Below are positions 13,061 to 23,328 of a stretch of DNA of 64,000 nucleotides, piece by piece. Position 1 is the first letter of the stretch. Every line of letters begins with the position of its first letter. The translations under genes were made by a program, and so were the position numbers. Below the pieces are notes generated by a model. It did not search any database, was not told where the DNA came from, and saw only the letters and a list, made by a program, of their open reading frames with translations. The stretch comes from Octopus sinensis (taxonomy: Eukaryota). The stretch covers positions 6,262,001-6,326,000 of the forward strand of contig NC_043009.1 of assembly GCF_006345805.1 (NCBI RefSeq), written 5' to 3'.

Positions 13061-13194
13061 TTTTTATTATTATTATTATTATTATTTTATTCACAGATTT
13101 GTAAAACTAGGCACGGCTTATCAAAATCTTCGGAAAAACTATATATATAAATATACACACTTCCACACACATACACATATATGTACGCATATAT

Positions 13195-13291
<97 letters not shown>

Positions 13292-13924
13292 CTTGGAAAT
13301 AGAACCGAAATGGCAATTTTATTTCTATCTATTTCAACAAAACTGTCCGAGGAACGGGAACGTAAAACTCCAAGTAACAGCTTTTGTTATATTTCCGGTG
13401 CTTTTAAATAAAGCATATTAATATACCTCTGATATTTGAGTACTCTTTTTCCACCTTGTTTCACATATATGTGCTTACTCCGGAATATATATATGCATAC
13501 ATGCATACATGCATACTTACCTACATATACAGACAAACATGCTGCCAGCGAAAGAATGAGAGTAACCTAAAAAGAAACTAATTATGTACAAAAGTACATA
13601 GATTAATATGTGCAGGAAAAAAAAACATCGAATGCAAGAGATTTTTTTCAAAGACAATTCATAGCGTGCAAATAAAGCTGAAATATAATATAACTTCATT
13701 GAAAAAAAAATCCATGTTTCAGATATAATCTTTTGTTATTTGCAAATATTACGTATATAAAATTCGGTGATGATATTTACGCATCAGCTTTTATGTTTTT
13801 CTGACTCAACAATAGCAATCACATAACAAAATGGTTGCCGTTGTAATTTAATTAAAAGTAAATTAGTTTCTAATATCATATTGATAGCATATTGCTTAGC
13901 ACAAGTCTCAAAATTTCGGGGAAG

Positions 13925-14283
13925 GGGACCAGTACGCATCTGGTACATAATTTATCGAACCCGTAAGGATGAAAGGCAAAGTTGACATCGGCGGAATTTG
14001 AACTCAGAATGTAAAGACAGAACGTAAGCATTTCGCCCGGCGTGCTAACGTTTCTTATTTCTTTACTGACCACAAGGGGCTACACACTGAGGGGACAAAT
14101 AAGGACAGACAAACGGATTAAGGATATTATATTGACCCCAGTGCGTAACTGGTACTTAATTTGTCGACTCCGAAAGGATTAGAGGCTAAGTCGACATTGG
14201 CAAAATTTGATCTCAGAACGTAGCGGCAGACGAAATACCGCTAAGCGTTTCGCCCGGCGTGCTAACGGTTCTGCCAGCTCGCC
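13925..14283 (-). mobile_element. Tandem SINE family B units
   Basis: GGCGAGCTGGCAGAA.CGTTAGCACGCCGGGCGAAA head (A-box-like) and GAGTTCAAATTCC B-box; two units are joined head to tail. Confidence 0.85.
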
Positions 14284-14853
14284 TTATATTGAAAGCATTC
14301 TTATTGACATTGTAGCGTCACTCCATGTTGAATATATGGTCGTTCAGACCTTTGATCAAATGTATTTTGGTCCGGGCAATAGAATTCTTTTAGAAATATG
14401 CATCACCTTCTTCCGCAATGTATCCTATATATCAGCTATAATGTCTGATTTGAAGCTCATTTGCCTGCGATATCTATGAGATAAAGGGACTCGGAATAGA
14501 CTCATCGAGTCTAAGTGTTTCAATTAACGGGATGTAGTTTAAGACACTGTTCAATGCATAAACTTCCAATACATAAATTTGCATGTTTGCTACTGTAATT
14601 GAAAAGTGAGTGCCAGTGCAACAGGACATTAGGTTTTGAATCTACTCCCAAGCCCACATCTGCAAGATAATCATTTTCCACCATTTATAGACACAACGTA
14701 TATATAGATATATATGTATATAATTATATATATATATAATAATATATATATATATATACGGGAAGCTTTATGAAAATAAACAAAAGACGAAGGCAGGTGG
14801 AAACAAACGAACAATTGTATTAGTATGGCGCTCAGGAATATAAATAAAACAAG

Positions 14854-14891
14854 TCTTTAACGTTTCGAGCCTACGCTCTTCAACAGAAAGA
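14854..14891 (-). ncRNA. Minimal type-I hammerhead (A6U core variant) in the PLE 3' terminal repeat
   Basis: UCUUU-CUGUUGA-A-GAGC(GUAG)GCUC-GAA-ACGU-U|AAAGA: 5-bp stem I, 4-bp stem II and a loopless palindromic stem III. Confidence 0.7.
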
Positions 14892-15069
14892 TACACAGAG
14901 AGAGAAAAACACAGAAAGAAGGAGAGAAAAAAATGCGTGCAGTAGCTAACGAATCAACATGGCGATCTGATTTCGGCCAGAGGTCAAAGATCAAACATGA
15001 GACGCGAGAGCGAAATAAGGGGAGATAATAGGGTTGATAAAGGTTGAGGACCAGCTAAAAGTGCGTGGG

Positions 15070-15390
15070 AGGGTCTGGATGTGTGTATGTATAGGGTTGG
15101 TGTATGTATTAGTATGTATAAGGGTGTGTGTGTGTGTGTTGTGTGTGTATGAGAGAGTATTAGTGCGTAGGATTGGTCTGGACGTGCGTATGTATGGGGT
15201 TGGTGTATGTATTAGTATGTATTAGTATGTATTGTACGTATTGGTATGTATAGGTGTGTGGTGTGTGTGTGAGAGAGTATAAGTGCGTATGCGGGGTCTG
15301 GACGTGTGTATGTATAGGGTTGGTGTAAGTATTAGTATGTACTAGTATGTATTAGTACGTATTAGTATGTATTAGTTGGTGTGTGTATTA
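15070..15390. repeat. Three roughly 100-120 bp tandem units with nested (TATTAGTATG)n in the PLE 3' UTR
   Basis: GTCTGGAYGTGYGTATGTATRGGGTTGGTGTA begins at about 15073, 15176 and 15296. Confidence 0.85.
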
Positions 15391-15709
15391 GTATGGCACA
15401 TCATATGTGATGTGATGTGTAAAGTCATGTGGTGTAGTGAGGAGAAGAGGGGGAGGGGAGAGAAGGGGAGGGAAGAAGAGGGGGAGGAGAAGGGGGGAAG
15501 AGGAGGATGGGAGAAGGAAGGTGAGGAGGGGATGAAGAGGAAAGGGGAGAGGGGGAGAGAGAGAAGGGGAGAGAGGGAGTGAGGGAGCAGAGGGAAGGGG
15601 AAGAGGGAGGGAGAAAGAGGGAAGAAGGAAGGGGAGTAGGGTGAAAGGATGAAGGACTGAAGAAGTAGGGGTCGGGGGGAGAAAGGATAGGTGAGGAGGG
15701 GGGAGGGGG

Positions 15710-18516
15710 TTAGATGAGGAGGGGGGAGAGTTGAGACCAAATGGCGTATAAGAGCGAAGAGAGAAGATTAATTCCTGTTCACGGCGCAAACGGGAATCCG
15801 GATGGCCTCTGTGTAAGGACAAACCGAACACAGATAGGTGTTGCAAGGAGTGACCGGTGGAGCGGAAATGGCGTGAGACCGGTGTGTCGTTCGCAAGGTG
15901 GATGTCACGAAGGTGTTCCGCGAACCGGTCAGCCAAGCGGCGTCCCGTTTGTCCGATGTACAAGGAATTGCAGAGAGAGCAAGAGATGCAATAGATAATA
16001 TTGCTGGAGGTGCAGGTGAAGGAGTGGATGATGGGATAGGGTCGATGGTGGGTGCTAGTGAGGCGGGTGGTGTTGGAGAGGTAAGGGCAAGTGCGGCAAC
16101 GTGGGCGGGAGCAGGGAACGAGCCGGGTTGGGAGGTAGGGTCAGGGAAGGAGCTATGGACCAAAAGGTCTCGAAGGTTGTGGGCTCGTTTGAAAGAGGGG
16201 AGGGGTCGGTTAGGGAAGAGGTGTGAAGTGGACGGGTCGGACTGGAGATGACGGAAAGCTCGAAGAATGGTGCGTTGGAGACGTAGGGTCGTGGGGTGGT
16301 AAGTGAGGGGAAAGGGAGGCGGGAGACTACAGGGCGGGTTCGGGAGAGAGAGCAGATACACGGTCCACGGACCGTGCTCTGGCAAGGGCGGTGTGGATAG
16401 TGGTGAGGGGGTATCCACGTAGGGTGAAGTGGTGAGCCATACGTTGAGACTGAGTCTCAAAGTCATGGTCGTCACTACAGAGCCTACGTAGACGGAGGAA
16501 TTGGGAATAGGGGATGGAAAGCTTGGTGTGTTCTGGGTGGGAGGAAGAGAAGTTGAGGTATGAGTGTGAGTCTGTGTGTTTGTAGTGAATGGAGGTGGTA
16601 AGAGTGGAGTGAAGAATGCTAACCGAAATGTCGAGGAAGGAGACAGAGGTGTTGGAGATAGTGGAAGTGAAGTGGAGGGCTGGATGAAAGATTGGACGAA
16701 AGAGAGGAAGGAATCTAGATGTTCGCGGGAGAGTGAGGTGGCACCGATAATGTCGTCAATATAACGACCATATAGTTCAGGAGTGGGACCAGTGAAATGA
16801 GAATATTTGGGCCTCAACATAGCCAACGAACAGGTTCGCATAGTTGGGGCCCATTCGCGTTCCCATGGCCACTCCCGAGACCTGATGGTAGAACTCGCCC
16901 GCGAACGAGAAGCAGTTCAGAGTAAGGACAAGTTCGGCCAGACGAATGAGTGTGGAGGTGTCAGGTACAGGTTAGAGCGGAGGTCAAGAAAGTGTCGAAG
17001 GGCCTGCAGTCCTTCGTGGTGAGGGATAACAGTATAGAGGCTTTGGATGTCCATAGTAAAAAGGATTTTGGGAGGCCGGGAGGAAAGGAGAAAGAGTTGA
17101 AAAGCCGGAGAGCATGGTTGGTATCGTGGATGTGGGAGGGAAGAGATGCCACTAGGGGGCAAGGACACGGTCGAGGTATTTAGAGATGAGCTCCGTGGGG
17201 CAGTTACAGGCGGAGACGATGGGGCGGCCAGGGTTGTTGGGTTTGTGGATTTTGGGGAGGAAGTAAATGGTGGGGGTACGTGGGGTTCGCACAATTAGGT
17301 TGGATGCGGTGCGGGGGAGACGGGAGGACGAGATGAGGTCTTGGACAGTAGAGGATACCGTCTGTTGGTAGCTACGTGTGGGGTTAGAGGGCAGAGGGGA
17401 ATAGAAGGAGGTGTCATTGAGTTGGCGGAAAGCCTCGGCCCTATAGAGGTCCGCGCGCCACACCACTACAGCTCCACCCTTGTCAGCCGGTTTGATGATA
17501 ATGTCAGCGCGCCGTTGGAGGGAACGAAGAGCCAAGAGCTCAGCCGGGAGATGTTGAGGCGGCGTTGGCGCCTGGAGAAGTTGAACCGCTCCAATGCACG
17601 CTGACAAGCGCCCGCGAAAAGATCCACTGCTAGGATCTGGCCAGGGGCAGGCGTCCACGGGGATGGTCGGCGGCCCAGGCCAGTGAAGCAGTCGTCCTCT
17701 TCGTGGGGTGTGGGTGGCGAGTCGTGGTAATGCGCACCCAACCGGACACGGCGCACAAAGCTGTGGACATCAACTCGCGTCTGGAATTCCTTACAGGATG
17801 GAGTGAGGGGATGAAACGCAGACCCCTACCAAGGACGGAGCGTTCAGCCGCAGAGAGGGGAAGATCGGGGGAATGGTAACAACAGACGGAAGTGGAGAAG
17901 GGGTGGGTGGAATAGAAGTAGGAGGGGTGGTAGGTCTCGTGGAGGTCTGAGGGGGGGGATTGGGGAGGGGTGGGGGGTGGTTGGGCGGGGCAGTAGGGTT
18001 AGGTGTAGGTGGATGGAGCCTAACGGGAGGGGAGAAGGGGTTGTAGGGAGGGGCAGTGGGGTTAGGTGTGGGTGGATGGAGCCTATCGGGAGGGGAGAAG
18101 GGTGGTGGAGGAGTTGGGGTAGTGGCGTCGGGTAGGGTGGAATGGAAGTGATTGGAGTTTACGAAGTTTGGTATCAGAAAAGATTGATGGAAGAGTTGAT
18201 TCAAATGGATAATGAAGCGTAGCGTGTTTGGAGCATAGAGAGGCGGCAGAGAGGAGAAGAAGGTGGAGAAAGCAGAGGAAAAGAAGGCGGTTGATGGCAT
18301 GTAGTTTGGAGAGATTGGAGCGAATGGTGGCCCGCATAAGGCGGTAAGATGTGGTGCGGAGTATGGGTAAGATGGAAGAATCCGAGTGGAGAGCAGGTGG
18401 AATGGAGGCGGAAACATTTAGGGATGAGTCGGTGATGTAGGCAGCGGCTTAGGAAGAGACATGGCTAGAGAAGGCGGGTTTTTTTAAAAAGAAGTAGAGA
18501 GAGATTAAACGGACGG
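15710..18516 (-). CDS. PLE polyprotein (reverse transcriptase plus GIY-YIG endonuclease), about 930 aa after frameshift repair
   Basis: IKPADKGGAVVV, YFLPKIHKPNNPGRPIVS, LFTMDIQSLYT, GVAMGTRMGPNYANLF, GRYIDD, FLDI, CSRPRCRTC linker, NIIYCISCSLCNSLYIGQTGRRLADRFAEH, REQELI. The assembled sequence is frameshifted; the stop at 15710-15712 is inferred. Confidence 0.9.
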
Positions 18517-18548
18517 CTGAAATGTAGAAGATAGATAGATAGATAGTA

Positions 18549-18601
<53 letters not shown>

Positions 18602-18759
18602 GATATAGATAAATGTAAGATCTAGGGTGTCGACAAAGCTGCGTGGCGTTCGATTAGAAATAAATAAAAAAAAACATTAAGTACAGGGCATCACCAATGA
18701 AATAAAATAAGTAAACGCACGTGAGATAAACACAGGACAAAATACCAAAGCAATCACAA

Positions 18760-19680
18760 TAAGTACAGGACATCACCAACGAGCTAAAAATGCGAAAATA
18801 CACGAGAGCTAAGTACAGGAAAAATGCCAAAAGAAGATAACCCGATCATAATTTGTCGACTGTTTTACTACACCCTATTTCATTCTTTTAACGACAAGAT
18901 AGGAAAACCTCATGAGACAGCAGCATTCACAAAATTTTAAAATATAAAATTTGTGGAGAGTTAAGGCTTAGAACGAACAAATAACAACAGATTAGACGTA
19001 CAAAGTAAACAATCGTTACATTTATATATAATTTCTGCGACTCCACACTCTGTTATATTTCTTCCCATCTATCCCTCTATAATCCTCTATATTTTCCTGT
19101 TATCCACCGCTTCTTTGCTGACTTTCTTTCTACCCCTCCCTATTATCTTTCGTTTCTTTCCCTTCTCTTCACTCCTTTTGTTTCTTTCCCCCATCCCCTC
19201 TGCCTGTTGCTCACAAGTGACTACAGGCCATTTCTCCCGCCCCTATCTTTTCAGGACAAGACGTCCCCCAGGCTGGAGACCTTTTCTCTCGCCTCCCAAA
19301 ATTGTTCTCTTCAACTATTTTTTCTATTCTATTTATTCTATTTCCTTAAAAAATTTCTGTCAGGCATGGCCCTTTACAATTCGTCTTGGCCTAACGGCGC
19401 TTAATGTTTGTCTGTCGATTGTTTACTTTGTATGTTCACTCCGTTGATTTGGTTGTTTATTCGTTCGAAGCCGTAACTCTCAACAAATTATATATTTTAA
19501 AAATATCTGGATACTGCTGTCTTTTGAGGTTTTCCTATCTTCCCGATAAAAGCACGAAATAGCGAGTAGTAAAACAGACGACAACTGAGGAGCGAGTTAT
19601 CTTCTTTAAGTATTTGTCCTGTACCTATTTCTCATGTGTTTACGTGGTTTTCACATGTCGGTGATATCCTATACTTACTG
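18760..19680. repeat. Inverted repeat pair (about 18760-19020 and 19410-19680) from the PLE 5' region
   Basis: AAGATAGGAAAACCTCA..AGACAGCAG, CTGTTTTACTAC and TACAAAGTAAACAATCG appear in reverse-complement form in the second arm. Identity is about 75-80% by eye. Confidence 0.85.
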
Positions 19681-19694
19681 TATATATGCATATG

Positions 19695-19770
<76 letters not shown>

Positions 19771-19941
19771 ATATTAGGGAATAAATCCAAATTTACAGGG
19801 AAAAATCAGATTTAGGATTAAATCCAATTTTATAGTAAAATATTATATAATATTAATTAGAGACAAAACCACTATTTTGCGAAACAAACAAGGAAAGACT
19901 TAATCAATACATAAAATTTTAATAAAAAGTAAAAAAAACCG

Positions 19942-19984
19942 CCACTACAATTGTTTCATGTCTTCTAATGACATCTTCAGGTGG
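19942..19984 (-). ncRNA. Hammerhead-like motif on the left palindrome arm
   Basis: Reverse complement of the right-arm motif, with one fewer U after CUGAAGA. Confidence 0.5.
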
Positions 19985-20048
19985 ATTTCCGATTTTCAAA
20001 TCAGTTTCATTTAATTTATAAATTGAAACTGATTTGAAAATCGGAAAT

Positions 20049-20092
20049 CCACCTGAAGATTGTCATTAGAAGACATGAAACAATTGTAGTGG
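20049..20092 (+). ncRNA. Hammerhead-like motif on the right palindrome arm
   Basis: CCAC-CUGAAGA-U-UGUC(AUUAGAA)GACA-U-GAA-ACAAUUGU-A|GUGG. The base of stem II is non-canonical. Confidence 0.5.
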
Positions 20093-21659
20093 CGGTTTTT
20101 TTACTTTTTATTAAAATTTTATGTATTGATTAAGTCTTCCTTGTTTGTTTCGCAAAATAGTGGTTTTGTCTCTAATTAATATTATATAATATTTTACTAT
20201 AAAATTGGATTTAATCCTAAATCTGATTTTTTCCCTGTAAATTTGGATTTATTCCCTAATATTTATTATTATTATTATATATACATATATATATATATGT
20301 ATATATATATATGTATATATATTGTTGTATAATCCTATTCCAAGTATCACAGAAAGACAAAATGACTAAGGACAACAAGAGGAAGCACATGGAATAAAGT
20401 GTCGGTGAAGAGGTCACAAGATGTGTGACGAAAGAGCCTTGACAAAGAAACTAAAATAGTAATTAACAAAAACTGAAGTGAAAACCAAAAATAAAGTGCA
20501 TGTGTTTAATTGGCAAAATATGACCACCCCCAAGTGTAACAATATATTATTTCAAATGTTTTGCAGCTAACATTCCTCCCCTGATTTTGAATATGAATCT
20601 ATATGATCACTTCCATCATAATAAAACTATATGTATAAACCGCTGAAATGTTTAACCTTGTGAAGGCAAACACTCTCTCATTTGCATCATCAAATATCTG
20701 TATTGTCTATTCTCCCTTAAAGTAAAACAAAATCAACGGACAAATAAACAGAATTCGCTTCACTAAAAGACTATTTTCATAAAGAGATAAGGAAGTATAA
20801 ATTCTTCTTTTCATACATCACACTTCTCCGTGTTCTGCTCTATTGCACGTATTTCTGTACATATAAAGATGTGTGAATTGTGTTAAAGTCACCCATTCAT
20901 TTAGACCCATCATCTTTTCATTGGAAGCGTGTCATCAACGTGGTCAGAATTTAATGACCAATAAAGCCGGCAATATTGTAGAAATACGTCTGGGTGATAG
21001 ACAAAGTGAAGAATTGACTCAAAAGGGAGAAAGGAAACGAGATAGGAAGAGACAGAAAAAAGCACGATGTGTAAGAGAGATTGATTGATTGATTGATTGA
21101 GTGAGTGAGTGAGTGAGTGAATGTGTGAGTGAGTAAAGGAGCGAGTGAGTGAGAGAACAGCAAGGTGAGAAGAATGAAACGCCATGATACAAGGACATAT
21201 CTAAGGGCGATAACAGAGGGGAATTTATTTCAAATTAATGTTTCTTGCCTGTTCAGAAACCATGGCAGAATTAGGCATTCTTTTCTTTTCGCTATAAAAT
21301 AAACTCCCCACAAAGAATCTTTGCTTAGAATAGAATGTATTTGCCTTGCGGTTTCCAGTTGAATGGTTATGTATTTGAAGAGTTAATGACGTTCTTCTGT
21401 TTTTCGTTTTTATATATTCTATATTTTTGATTAGGTTTGTTTTGATTTTTATCAATCGTAGCCAACCAATCACCTGATACAAAAACACATACACAAAAAA
21501 AAAAGAAACGCATCTTCATCGGTTGTTAATATCATAAAAAAACCACGACATCACAGCTCAGGCAATTGCGAACCACTTTCTGCAACAGAGTCAGCCAAAG
21601 AAACACAGCGCAGATATTTTGTAGATAACAATTCTTATTGACATCCTTCGTTATAGCAA

Positions 21660-21678
21660 TGGTATTCTTCTTCTTCTT

Positions 21679-21739
<61 letters not shown>

Positions 21740-21940
21740 TATTATTATTATTATTATTCTTTTTCTTCTTCTTCAGCTTCTTCAATTTCTTCAGCTTCTT
21801 TTTCTTCTCTTCCTCTTTTCTCCTCCTTCTTACTCTTCTATTCACCTCCACATCCTCCTTCTTCTCCCTCCTTCTCCTTCTTCTCTTAACCTTCCCCCCT
21901 ACTAATTCTTCTTCTCCCCCTCCTCCTCCTTCTTCTTCCA
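21660..21940. repeat. Compound (TTC)n-(TTA)n trinucleotide and low-complexity tract
   Basis: Directly visible. Confidence 0.95.
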
Positions 21941-22939
21941 TTTCTATTCCATTCAGTTACCATTCCTCTTAATTTCCTCTCCATCATATTCTTGCTTCTA
22001 TTCCGTTTTCTTCAACTTTTTTTCCTCCACTTTTTCGAATGCTTCACACATTTCTCATCATCATCTTTCTTCTCCTACTTTTCCTCCTTAATCTCCGCTT
22101 TCTCCTCTTTCCATCGTCATCTTTCTCCTTTTTCATTTTTAATCTTCTCTTTGACCTTCATCACCCGCCCCTCCTCATTCTCTCCGTTCTTCTACGTTCA
22201 TGTCTTCTATTTTTTCTTTAACTACTTTCACTTTCTCATCCACCTTTCCTCTTCATCTCTGTCATACGATATTGATAATAATTCGTAGACAGTATCTTAA
22301 AATCTGGCAATATTATACCCGTCCGTAGATACAGCAGTAACTAAACTTTTCACCCTTTTCAAAAGAATTCATACAAGAAGCCATATTTCTTTATTCTGCG
22401 ACGTATTTATTTAGTATATTCGATAACGTATCAAACTTTCTTCATGAGAGGATAATAGTCAGTTTATAATTTTGACAATGATTTATCTGCTTCATTCAAT
22501 AGTCGTAAGTAATATGTTATGCTATAATATACAATAATAGTGCTTCTAATCTAGATATAACTACCACTATATTACAGAGACACCATCTTAATCCGTTTTC
22601 TGTCAGTAGTTCCTGAAATAACAATGATGGTATAGATGATACTTGGTTGACAACTGAAACCTATATTTAAAAAAAAAATGATTTTAATTCTAACGTATTT
22701 GTCATCTACCCGTTATTTCATTTTAATTTATATCTACTTCAAGAGGGTACCTATATATGATGATGGGCTGCAAACTTCATAGACTGACCAACATGGACTA
22801 TAACCAAAACTTGTTTATTTTTCCCCTTGCTGACTAGATAAATATGCTATTGTCGTGTACAGATTGAAACATCATTTTAGTTAATTGAAACTATTGACAA
22901 CATTCTATATATTAAAGGTACACATTAGTTCTGAATATT

Positions 22940-23328
22940 CTCTATTTCTTACTACCCACAAGGGGCTAAACACAGAGAGGACAAACAAGGACAGACAGAC
23001 AGAGTAAGTCGATTATGTCGATTCCAGTGCGTAACTGGTACTTAATTTATCGACCCCGAAGAAATTTGTACTCAGAATGTAACGGCAGACGAAATACCTA
23101 TTTCTTTACTACCCACAAGGGACTAAACACAGAGAGGAAAAACAAGGACAGACAAACGAATTAAATCGATTATAGCGACCCCAGTGCGAAACTGGTGCTC
23201 AATTATCGACCCAGAAAGGATGAAAGGCAAAATCGACCGCGGCGGAATTTGAACTCAGAACGCAACGGTGGACGATTTACGGCTACGTATTTCGCCCGGC
23301 GTGCTAACGTTTCTGCCAGCTCGCCGCC
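22940..23328 (-). mobile_element. Dimeric SINE family B insertion with a 15-bp TSD
   Basis: TTAGTTCTGAATATT occurs at 22925-22939 and 23329-23343, flanking a full unit plus a second headless unit. Confidence 0.92.

Larger units (their letters stand above)
14758..19020 (-). mobile_element. Near full-length Penelope-like retroelement (PLE), probably Neptune-type
   Basis: Single RT-GIY-YIG ORF, a 3' terminal repeat with a hammerhead, a 3' end abutting (TA)n at about 14700-14757, and a 5' region also present as an adjacent inverted copy. Confidence 0.93.
19750..20283. repeat. Near-perfect palindrome of about 530 bp embedded in (TA)n
   Basis: Arms 19750-20008 and 20025-20283 differ only in four homopolymer lengths, around a 16-nt AT centre. 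Confidence 0.97.

Noticed and set aside
13340-13411. PSNSFCYISG, resembling a transposase N-terminal motif
   Set aside because: Too short, with no continuation or TIR.
15070-15390. CRISPR-like array
   Set aside because: The spacers are homologous and low-complexity, and the context is eukaryotic.
15741-17604. Plus-strand ORFs over the PLE
   Set aside because: They are antisense shadows of the RT-EN ORF with no recognisable domains.
15710-17880. Programmed frameshifting or selenocysteine recoding in the PLE
   Set aside because: About 11 same-type shifts fit sequencing error better, and the repaired frame has no in-frame TGA.
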